Shown here one piece after another: positions 1 through 8,234 of a stretch of DNA of 64,000 nucleotides. How positions within the stretch are numbered: the stretch's first letter is position 1; every line of letters starts with the position of its first letter. The position numbers were made by a program, and so were the translations under genes. Origin of the DNA: Bacteroidales bacterium (GTDB lineage: Bacteria; Bacteroidota; Bacteroidia; Bacteroidales; UBA932); assembly GCA_022653735.1 (NCBI GenBank), contig JALCSU010000002.1:29643-93642 (forward strand). Direction: 5' to 3'. The notes beneath the pieces were generated by a model. It had not been told where the DNA came from. It worked only from the letters and a program-made list of their open reading frames with translations, and did no database searches.

Positions 1-43
1 GTATAAAGGTGGTTATGGCTCTAGTCTTTTTTGCAATCTGGGG

Positions 44-75
44 TTTGTTTTTGAGAAATTAAGGATATATATTTG
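44..75 (+). promoter_or_regulatory. Bacteroidetes sigma-A promoter for the ferredoxin
   Basis: TTTG at 44-47 and TATATTTG (TAnnTTTG) at 68-75, 20-bp spacer. Confidence 0.6.
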
Positions 76-127
76 CAGACGGCTTTCGAGCCACGAATTG
101 CTTACATAACGATTAATTTTTAATATT

Positions 128-301
128 ATGGCTTACAAGATTTCTGAAACTGATTGTGTAGCTTGCGGCACTTGCGCAAGCGAATGCCCTCAGGGTGCTA
201 TCCACGAAGGTGACGTTTATCATATCGATCCGGATGCTTGCATCGACTGCGGCACATGCGCCGATGCTTGTCCTATGGGAGCTATTCATCCTGCGGAATA
301 A
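128..301 (+). CDS. 2[4Fe-4S] ferredoxin, 57 aa (not in ORF track)
   Basis: Manual translation MAYKISETDCVACGTCASECPQGAIHEGDVYHIDPDACIDCGTCADACPMGAIHPAE*; two CxxCxxCxxxCP motifs. Confidence 0.95.
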   Translation: MAYKISETDCVACGTCASECPQGAIHEGDVYHIDPDACIDCGTCADACPMGAIHPAE

Positions 302-314
302 CAATCATAATGCG

Positions 315-350
315 AAAAATTCAGGCTGCCCTCATCAGGCAGCCTTTTAT
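315..350. terminator. Intrinsic terminator between convergent ferredoxin and susA
   Basis: AGGCTGCC-7nt-GGCAGCCT hairpin, TTTT downstream and an A-tract upstream. Confidence 0.75.
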
Positions 351-2329
351 TATTTAATGCTGTACTCAACGATCAGGGCCGTGGTTGGTGGGACTTTGGT
401 GTCAGGGCCAATGGTGATTGTCTCGCCGGTCATTACGTTGGTGCCGGCGGAAGGGAGCTTAGACGTGATTTCAGCATAATCGCCCCACGGAATCTTGCGA
501 TCTTCGGCGGAGTTGTTAATGAATACGAACACAGCCTCCGAGTCGTTGTAACGGAAATAGGCGTAGGTGTTGTCGTGTGGTAGGAATTCGAGCGTCTTGC
601 CTGTATGGATGACGGATTTGCCTTTGCGCCAGTTAAACAGCCTGGAGGCATAGTCATGGAGCGATGCGGCATTTGAGAAAATCGTGTCCCTGGTGCTCTT
701 CGTAGCGTTGAAAGTCGTGGAATCGGCAGCGAGGGCCGCATGATTTGCCTCTGCGTTGGCACGACCCTCTGACGTGAACAGATTTACTTTGTCGCCCTTC
801 CACCCACCAGGAAAGTCCATCCGGAGCATTCCGTCGCTCTTATGCTGAGTTCCGTTGGCAAACATCATCTCGTCCCCGTAGAAAATCTGCGGTATGCCAC
901 GTATGGTGGCGAGAATTGAATATGCTATCTTCATTTTATCGGGATTCCTGCGGACGATGTCCCCGAAGCGCAGGCAGTCGTGATTCGCGAAGAAAACCAA
1001 CAGATTGAGCGGATTCGTGTACGCATAGTCGCCAGACAAAGAATTATACACGTCCGTAATGTCCCCGACCGATCCACGAGGCCCGACGCCGAGAGACCTG
1101 CACATTGCTTCGAAAAGCGGAAAATCCATGACCGTCGGCAGATTCGTGTCGAATCCGTCCTTGTTCCCGTTGCCGGCCTGCCAATAGGCGATTGCAGCAG
1201 GGGAGTGATCCCAGCATTCCCCAACGATGTTCATCCCAGGATATTCGCGACGGAGCGATGCGCACCATTCGCTCATCGCCTCTTTTGCGTTATAGGGGTA
1301 TGTGTCCACCCGCAGGCCATCCAGACCTGCATACTCAATCCACCACACTGCCCACTGCTCGAAATAACTGAGAACGAAAGGATTGTCCAGATTCATGTCC
1401 GGCATTGAGGGAACGAACCAGCCTCGACTCATGATTTCACGGTCATGCTGCGACCCGTAAGGGTCAGTAAGCACGGAGAAATGATGCGACGTCCCGACAT
1501 ATTCGTCATGCATGTTGACCCAGTCCTTGAAAGGCATGTCCTTCATCCACCAATGGTCAATCCCGCAATGGTTCGTCACCACGTCCATGATGACTTTCAG
1601 CCCCTTTTCGTGAGCCTTGGAGACCATTTCCCTGTAAAGCTCGTTAGTCCCGAAGCGAGGATCGATCCGGTAATAGTCCGTGCAGGCATAGCCATGGTAG
1701 GACTCCTCCTTCAGATTGTCCTCCAGCAGGGGAGTGGGCCAGATGGCAGTCGCCCCAAGGTCGGCGATGTAGTCCAGATGGTCTATGATGCCTTGAATGT
1801 CTCCTCCGTGACGGCCGAAAGGAGCTTTGCGGTTGCTTGGTTCGGTAGTCACGGAGGTAGAATCATTCGTGGGGTCGCCATTAGCGAAACGATCCGGATT
1901 CATTAGATAAATCAGGTCAGAATTGTTGAAACTCGTCCTGCTCTCAGAGCCTTTGGAACGCTCTGAGAGAGTGTATGCGTACTTGAATTGCTCTTTCCCT
2001 TTCGAGAATATGAGATAGAAAGTGCCAGGGCGAGCAGTGGTGCTTACATCGATGTCTATGAATATGAAATCGGGGTTGTCAGCCTTGTGCACCTCCTTCA
2101 CTTTCACGCCGTTATGTCCTTCGATAGATACCTCATAGCCGGAAATGCCTTTTCCCTGGACCATAAGCTGGAGCCTGGTCTTCATGCCAATCCACCAGGA
2201 TGGCGGCTCGACCCTGGCGATCTCGCTGGAATCAGCCTCGGGAATATTGTCTGTGTTGCTCATATTGCCGCAAGATACGGCAACCATCGAAATTGCGCAA
2301 GCAAAGGCAAGGAAATTCAATTTTTTCAT
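350..2329 (-). CDS. susA: GH13 neopullulanase/cyclomaltodextrinase (SusA-like), lipoprotein signal
   Basis: RVEPPSWW N-domain, PDRFANGD, YHGYA, DVVTNH, GLRVDT, GECW, NHD GH13 motifs; likely start MKKLNF with lipobox VAVSC. Confidence 0.88.
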   Translation of the reverse strand: MKKLNFLAFACAISMVAVSCGNMSNTDNIPEADSSEIARVEPPSWWIGMKTRLQLMVQGKGISGYEVSIEGHNGVKVKEVHKADNPDFIFIDIDVSTTARPGTFYLIFSKGKEQFKYAYTLSERSKGSESRTSFNNSDLIYLMNPDRFANGDPTNDSTSVTTEPSNRKAPFGRHGGDIQGIIDHLDYIADLGATAIWPTPLLEDNLKEESYHGYACTDYYRIDPRFGTNELYREMVSKAHEKGLKVIMDVVTNHCGIDHWWMKDMPFKDWVNMHDEYVGTSHHFSVLTDPYGSQHDREIMSRGWFVPSMPDMNLDNPFVLSYFEQWAVWWIEYAGLDGLRVDTYPYNAKEAMSEWCASLRREYPGMNIVGECWDHSPAAIAYWQAGNGNKDGFDTNLPTVMDFPLFEAMCRSLGVGPRGSVGDITDVYNSLSGDYAYTNPLNLLVFFANHDCLRFGDIVRRNPDKMKIAYSILATIRGIPQIFYGDEMMFANGTQHKSDGMLRMDFPGGWKGDKVNLFTSEGRANAEANHAALAADSTTFNATKSTRDTIFSNAASLHDYASRLFNWRKGKSVIHTGKTLEFLPHDNTYAYFRYNDSEAVFVFINNSAEDRKIPWGDYAEITSKLPSAGTNVMTGETITIGPDTKVPPTTALIVEYSIK

Positions 2330-2355
2330 TTTTTTTATGAATATATCAGAGTGAT

Positions 2356-4134
2356 TCATTTGATTTGGAACACTATCGAGGTGTTCGAGCTCATGTTAAG
2401 CGTGTAAGTTCCGTCGGAGTTCTTCAAGGAAGTGGCTCTGCCGAGAATTGCCACAGGCTTTGAGAGATCGTCTTGGAAAGTCAGGCTCTGAGTTCCTGTG
2501 GTTGCCACGTTATGAACAACGAGCAGTTTCTCGGAACCGTCAGACGAAGTCATGTACCAGCATGCAATGGTCTTGTGGGCAGAATTGGCATTGTAAACGT
2601 CATGCTCCGACATGGCGCCGCTGGCAAGAGCAGGATACGTGTTGCGAAGGCGTGAGAATTTCTTGTAGACAGACAGGACAGAGGCTGAATTTGCATTCTG
2701 GGCTTCCACCGAGATGGCCTTTGACAGCATATGCTTATCCACCTTTCCGCCTAGGGCTCCGGATGCCACCTGAGTGCCTGCCATGTCCCACATTATTGGC
2801 GTCCTGACATATTCATCTCCATTGGACTTAGTGCCATAATAACCTAATTCCTCTCCTTGGTAGATGAATGGCTTGCCAGGGGCAGTCAGCAGAAAGGCGC
2901 ATGCCTGTTTTTCTTTTGACGGAGACTTTGAAAGGTCGGATGCCGTTCTGTCCTCGTCATGATTGGAAAGCTTGGTGGATTCGATAGGGTTAGCACGCTG
3001 GCCTGCATAAAGTTTCTCGTAGCCTAGGATCGTGGAAGGGAATGTGTTTGCGACCTGATTGTTCAAGACATCTTTCAGCCGCCACCAGAAGCTGAACTCG
3101 AAGCAGGAAGGGAGGCCTTTGTAGTACCTTGCGACAGCGGAAGCCTCGCTGAAAACTTCTCCCACCATGAAGAAATCGTCGCTGTTCCCTTGGGCCTTGT
3201 AGGCAGAGTCGCAGTGTTCATACCACTGTGCGAGGAACGTTGGGTTTTCGTCTGACGACTCATTGTGGTAGATGTGTTTCACAGCATCCAGCCGCATTCC
3301 ATCAATTCCCATCCCGATCCATTTGTCGGCTGATTTTGCGAGGTCTTTGAAGGCAGGAGACGAGCTGGCATCGACAGCCTTTCCGTAATTTAGGTCGGCG
3401 AACCAGTCTGTCCAAAAGTGAGAGTGGTAATAGGTATAATTCTCGGTGGCTCCTGAACCGGAGCTGACCTTGAACCATTGCCCTGAATCATAGCCGTTAG
3501 CTCCTTCTGTTGCAATCATGTCGATTTTCCCGGCAGCTATGTCGCTCTTCGGGTCTTCGGAGAAGATGTAGTAGTTCCGGTAAGGATTCGTGGAAGATGA
3601 GCATGCCTGAGTGAACCAGGTCTCGATTGTCTCGTCGCTGTACCAGAGGGTGTTTTTCGCAGAAGAATGGTTCAGCACGTAGTCCAGATAGATGTCTATA
3701 TTCTTTTCGTGCGCTGCATCGAGAAGGCGCTTGAAGTCATCCTCCGTCCCGAATTTCGGATTTACCGCATAGTAGTCAGTTACGTCGTAACCATGGTAGG
3801 AGGATGCAGGATGTATTGGCGAAAGCCAGAGGGCTGTAACGCCTAGGGAGTCCAGATAGTCCAGCTTCTGGGTTATCCCGTTGAAATCTCCGATGCCGTC
3901 TCCGTTGCTGTCGGCGAAACTGTAGACCAGAAGCTGATACGTCGTCCCTGCCCGTTTGATTCCGTCGAATTCTGCTGGGTTGGCAATTACCGAAGCTGCA
4001 GTCGGCGTGTCGGGATTCTCGGGGGTGACGGGAGTGTCCGGAACGTCAGGCTTTGCCGGATCCTCACCGCCGCATGAAGCCAATGCTGTAAAGAAGAATA
4101 TTCCCAATAGTGAATATATTATATTCCTTTTCAT
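2356..4134 (-). CDS. susG: GH13 outer-membrane alpha-amylase lipoprotein (SusG-like)
   Basis: YQLLVYSFADS, SYHGYDV, DYVLNH, GMRLDAVKH, GEVF, LSNHDEDR; lipobox ALASC. Confidence 0.9.
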   Translation of the reverse strand: MKRNIIYSLLGIFFFTALASCGGEDPAKPDVPDTPVTPENPDTPTAASVIANPAEFDGIKRAGTTYQLLVYSFADSNGDGIGDFNGITQKLDYLDSLGVTALWLSPIHPASSYHGYDVTDYYAVNPKFGTEDDFKRLLDAAHEKNIDIYLDYVLNHSSAKNTLWYSDETIETWFTQACSSSTNPYRNYYIFSEDPKSDIAAGKIDMIATEGANGYDSGQWFKVSSGSGATENYTYYHSHFWTDWFADLNYGKAVDASSSPAFKDLAKSADKWIGMGIDGMRLDAVKHIYHNESSDENPTFLAQWYEHCDSAYKAQGNSDDFFMVGEVFSEASAVARYYKGLPSCFEFSFWWRLKDVLNNQVANTFPSTILGYEKLYAGQRANPIESTKLSNHDEDRTASDLSKSPSKEKQACAFLLTAPGKPFIYQGEELGYYGTKSNGDEYVRTPIMWDMAGTQVASGALGGKVDKHMLSKAISVEAQNANSASVLSVYKKFSRLRNTYPALASGAMSEHDVYNANSAHKTIACWYMTSSDGSEKLLVVHNVATTGTQSLTFQDDLSKPVAILGRATSLKNSDGTYTLNMSSNTSIVFQIK

Positions 4135-4192
4135 CTATTAACATTTTGAATTGGCAGCCTGATGCCGCGATCAGGGGCACCGGGCCGAAAAA

Positions 4193-5503
4193 TTACTGGA
4201 CAGTTATTGTCTCAGCAGAAGAATCATAGATAACGTCGAAGGTTGTAATGTCGCCAACGGTAATGTTGTCTCCGCCATTGGTGACGGCGAACGGCTCGCC
4301 TGCGGAAACGTATGCACCGCCTCTGTTGACATCCCAGCCGCACGCTTGGCGGAGCTTCCATTCTCCAGAAAGGCTCTGGTTGTAAGCAGCCCACTTTCCG
4401 GCTCCATCGTAAATCATGAAGAGGTCTCCTCCCCAGCCGTTGAAGCTGCCAATTATGCCCCAGAATTGCTTGCTGAGCGTGATTTTCTCGGAGGCAGGAT
4501 CGTAGACAACCATGTATGTCCCCTCAGCAGGAGCCTTGATGTTATTTCCGCCGCTCACGGCATCGAATTCGGCATCGGCCGCGGTGCAGTCTCCTCCGCG
4601 ATTTTCGTCCCAGCCGGCATTCTTGCGCAGCTTGATCTCATCGGTGGTTGAGAGAGTAACAGGGATGCTGTAGTATTTTCCATCCTTGCCGAGATTCATA
4701 GGAATGTCTCCGTTCCAGCTGAACCCGTCAATGCTTGCGATGCTTCCCACTATGCCCCATGTCATGGTGCCTATGGTTTCGTTGTTGGCGTTGTAAACTA
4801 CGATCAGGTCTCCGGTGAGGCTGATGTTGTCTCCGCCGGGAACTGCTTCCACGAATTCTCCAGCCTTCGAAGGAGTGGCTCCACCTCTGTTTATGTCCCA
4901 GCCGAGGTTGCAGCGCAGCTTCCAAGCCCCGGAGGTGATGCTGATGCGGCCGCTTACCCAGATGCCAGGAGCAACCTGGGTCATCGCAATGTCGTTCTCC
5001 CAATCACCGTTCACTCCGATCAGCGTCCATGAATCTGCCGTGATGTCGAAAGGCTTCATGCTCAGGGTATATTCCTGTGAGGCAAGGTACATTGTCTGTT
5101 CTCCGCAATAGATGTCAGCTTCGACTCTGGCTTTGAATTCTCGCAAGACGGTGTCAGCGTCGAAAGCAGTCTCGACGATGTTTTGCAGCTCTTCAGCCGT
5201 GGTCTTCAAGCTTCCGCTCAGCACAACGGAGTATTTGTCGTCCAGGACAAGTTTGAAATTGCCGAGAGTGCTTCCTTCCGGAAGGTTCACCGACCCAAGG
5301 GTCGCAACCTGCACGGAGTCGTCTTTGTATTCCTGTAGCAAGATTTGGCTGACAGGGGTGACGTTCAGGTTCGAAGGAAGCGCTACGGCTTCTTCCTGCT
5401 CGTTGCGTTGAGGTGCGGCGAAATCATCCCCGAAGTCGCCTATCTGGCAGCCAGTAGCCGCCATGCCTAAAATGCAGATGCTTATCAATATGTGCTTTTT
5501 CAT
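4193..5503 (-). CDS. SusF/SusE-family starch-binding outer-membrane lipoprotein
   Basis: Lipobox AATGC; three repeated WxxIG..W..D / KLRxxxxWDxNRGG CBM-like modules; position in PUL. Confidence 0.8.
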   Translation of the reverse strand: MKKHILISICILGMAATGCQIGDFGDDFAAPQRNEQEEAVALPSNLNVTPVSQILLQEYKDDSVQVATLGSVNLPEGSTLGNFKLVLDDKYSVVLSGSLKTTAEELQNIVETAFDADTVLREFKARVEADIYCGEQTMYLASQEYTLSMKPFDITADSWTLIGVNGDWENDIAMTQVAPGIWVSGRISITSGAWKLRCNLGWDINRGGATPSKAGEFVEAVPGGDNISLTGDLIVVYNANNETIGTMTWGIVGSIASIDGFSWNGDIPMNLGKDGKYYSIPVTLSTTDEIKLRKNAGWDENRGGDCTAADAEFDAVSGGNNIKAPAEGTYMVVYDPASEKITLSKQFWGIIGSFNGWGGDLFMIYDGAGKWAAYNQSLSGEWKLRQACGWDVNRGGAYVSAGEPFAVTNGGDNITVGDITTFDVIYDSSAETITVQ

Positions 5504-5511
5504 GACAGAAT

Positions 5512-6648
5512 CTAATTTATGTGACCGGTCTCATTAGTGAAATTGATGTAAAGACGCTGTCCGGCATTGCCAGTGACGCGCTCCTGATCTCCGCCTGTCG
5601 CCCTATAGACGAGCTTGCCGTTGATCACCATGAATTCTGAGTGCCACCAGTCCTCGCCATCTATGATTACGCAGACTCTAATGCCGGATTCAGGGTCAGC
5701 GTCTGCGGCGAATGCAGGGGATACGAATTCCCCGTCCTTTGAATCAGGAACCGTGAACAGTCCATCGTCATCGGCACCCCAGGCATTAGATCCTCCCTTT
5801 GTGCTGCCGAACAGGTAGACGTTAGGCTTGTTGATTTCGAGAGAGAACTGATAGCCCCGTCCTGCGACCGCGGTACGAATTACGAGCAGGTACCATCCGG
5901 CGTTCGTGATTTTTATGTTGCCATCATCGGTCGAGCCGATGCCTGCTCCAGCGTTGTCGGAGTAATGCCCGTCGATTCCGTCAAAGCCGACTTCGTTGCC
6001 GTTCCAAGATTTCTCCCAATTGAACTTCATGGTTCCGCCTGCTTCGATGTAGACCAGATGCCAGAATGTCCCATTGTTATCGTAAGTAGGGATCATGTTG
6101 ATGGCTGTATCCCAGGTCCAATTGCAGTGCGAGCCAATCAGGTAGAGGCTAGTCGGAGGAACAACTGCTGGCAGGGCGTAGTAGAGACGGACGTTAGGGA
6201 TGCTGACGACATTCGAGTAAATCTCACCCTTGCCGCTTTTCGTCAGCTGAGCCTTCAGCCTGATGTAGAGAGGCGTGTTATAAGGGAAGGCCTGGGGATC
6301 TGCTGTGGAAAGGGCTGTCAGAGCCTCGGCCAGCTCGTCCGCAGCTACCGACATCCTAGCCTTGGTGTATGTGGTAGGCAGGGTGGAGTAGGAATCCTCA
6401 TTGGTGAAATTGTTGTTCAGGGACACCTGGACTGAATATGTCGTAGCGGCGGTGAAGCCGTAGTCCGGCTGGGAGCAGGTCAGTTCCATCGACGTGGAAT
6501 TTTCCAAGTCATACACCCCGTTAACGTAGGCAGGGGTGTTCAGGACAAATTCCGTAGGGTCTGCGTAGAAGGCATGAGGCTCGTCGTCGCAGCTTACGAA
6601 AGTGAACAGCCCAAGCACCATTGCCCAAAGTATATTAATATTTCTCAT
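5512..6648 (-). CDS. SusE-family outer-membrane lipoprotein
   Basis: Lipobox FVSC; FVLNTP..LTCSQPDYGF N-domain; DWWHSEF C-terminal CBM-like domain. Confidence 0.85.
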   Translation of the reverse strand: MRNINILWAMVLGLFTFVSCDDEPHAFYADPTEFVLNTPAYVNGVYDLENSTSMELTCSQPDYGFTAATTYSVQVSLNNNFTNEDSYSTLPTTYTKARMSVAADELAEALTALSTADPQAFPYNTPLYIRLKAQLTKSGKGEIYSNVVSIPNVRLYYALPAVVPPTSLYLIGSHCNWTWDTAINMIPTYDNNGTFWHLVYIEAGGTMKFNWEKSWNGNEVGFDGIDGHYSDNAGAGIGSTDDGNIKITNAGWYLLVIRTAVAGRGYQFSLEINKPNVYLFGSTKGGSNAWGADDDGLFTVPDSKDGEFVSPAFAADADPESGIRVCVIIDGEDWWHSEFMVINGKLVYRATGGDQERVTGNAGQRLYINFTNETGHIN

Positions 6649-6671
6649 ATCCATTGATTTTCAATTTTCTG

Positions 6672-8228
6672 CTAGTATCCTATGTTCTGTTTGAGATTAT
6701 CATTGCTGATCATGTCCTGTGAAGGGATAGGGTAAAGGTTCAGGTGGGAATCTACCGACTTGCCGTCAACGGCCCCGCCCTTGAAGTCCCACAGGTAGGT
6801 GTTCGTGGTGAACATCCCGAACCTCACGAGATCGGAGCGCCTCCAGCATTCTTGGTAAAGTTCTCTTCCCCTCTCGTCTATTATCGTGTTGGCATTCAGT
6901 TCCGTGACGTTCCCAAGGCCTGCCCTCGTCCTGACCTGGTTGATAGCGTCCAGTCCTTCGGCTGCCGTCACTGCCCCGTGAAGGGCGCACTCGGCATACA
7001 TCAGCAGGGCATCTGCATATCGGAACACTGGAAAATCAGTGTCAACGAAGCCGGCAGCCTTGCCAGCCGTTCCGTCGCTGTTTATGTTCTTGAATTTCAT
7101 GCAAGGATAGCCCCCTGCCTTGAAGTCCCCGTCATCTGTTACCGGCCCTCCGTTCGTGCCGCCTTCAAAGAAAAGCCTGCGTGCATCATCGCTGGCGAAT
7201 TTGCTCACGAAAGCGTTGGTCGATCTCAGTCCGCCCCATCCGGAAGAAATGCCAACGGATGCAGGATCCATTTCTCCTCCTGTGGAAGCGAATATTATGT
7301 AGTTCGTGACCCCATAGCTCTGAGTGTTCACGCCGTCTTGTTCTATTGCGAACATTATCTCATCGGTGCATTTGTCGTTGTCGGCGAGGAATAGCTCCTG
7401 ATAATTGTCGTGGAGCGAATAGCCTTCTCCCATTATCGTCTTCAGGACTGCGGCGCATTTGTCCCATGCCGCCGTGCCTGTATAGACCTCGGCATTCAGG
7501 TAGAGCTTGGCAAGAATCATCTGTGCGACTCCCTTGTCGACTCTTCCGTATTCGGCGCCCCGAGCCGCAGGAATATGCCCGTTGTCAATGAGGTCCGTGA
7601 GCTCGGTCTCAAGCCAGCCGTAAAGGGCTGTCCTTGACAGCTGTTCTGGCTTCACTGCGCCCACGGTCATGTTCTCATCCGCGAACGGCATGTTTCCGAA
7701 CACGTCGATTCCATGGTAGTAGCTCAGGGCTCTCAGAGTCCTCGCCTCATCTATCATCTGATCCTTTGCGCTCAGGCTGACCGAAGTCGCTTTTGCCTGA
7801 CGGATGAACTCATTGCACATGGAAATCTGATAGCACAACCTGGAGTAGAATGCGTAGATGAACACGTCGGAAGTGGTCCAGTTGAATCTGTGGAAATCCT
7901 TTATGGTCTGGTCGTTCCAGTTGCACATAGATTCATCGGTAGGCAGTTCCTGCATCGTGTACAGGCCCCTTATGTACTGGCTGGCGCCGCCATCGAGTCC
8001 GGAAATTGAAGGATCATTGTTCGGTCCCTTGTATCCTGATGTGGCATTACCAGCGTAAATTCCGGCAAGGAAGTTTGCGAAATCTGCCTCGGAAGTCAGA
8101 GCTTTGTCCGAAGTGTTCATGTTCGGGTCGATTGGAGTCACGTCCAAATCGCCGACGCAAGAAGCAAGTCCGAGGCTGGCGGCTATAGCAATCGCGCCAA
8201 GAATATATTTCATTGTTTTCATATTCAT
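6672..8228 (-). CDS. susD: SusD starch-binding lipoprotein
   Basis: SCVGDLDVTPIDPN, ELPTDE, FRYADALLMYAE, DERGRELY..RRSDLVRFG, C-terminal QNIGY. Confidence 0.93.
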   Translation of the reverse strand: MNMKTMKYILGAIAIAASLGLASCVGDLDVTPIDPNMNTSDKALTSEADFANFLAGIYAGNATSGYKGPNNDPSISGLDGGASQYIRGLYTMQELPTDESMCNWNDQTIKDFHRFNWTTSDVFIYAFYSRLCYQISMCNEFIRQAKATSVSLSAKDQMIDEARTLRALSYYHGIDVFGNMPFADENMTVGAVKPEQLSRTALYGWLETELTDLIDNGHIPAARGAEYGRVDKGVAQMILAKLYLNAEVYTGTAAWDKCAAVLKTIMGEGYSLHDNYQELFLADNDKCTDEIMFAIEQDGVNTQSYGVTNYIIFASTGGEMDPASVGISSGWGGLRSTNAFVSKFASDDARRLFFEGGTNGGPVTDDGDFKAGGYPCMKFKNINSDGTAGKAAGFVDTDFPVFRYADALLMYAECALHGAVTAAEGLDAINQVRTRAGLGNVTELNANTIIDERGRELYQECWRRSDLVRFGMFTTNTYLWDFKGGAVDGKSVDSHLNLYPIPSQDMISNDNLKQNIGY

Positions 8229-8234
8229 TATGTA

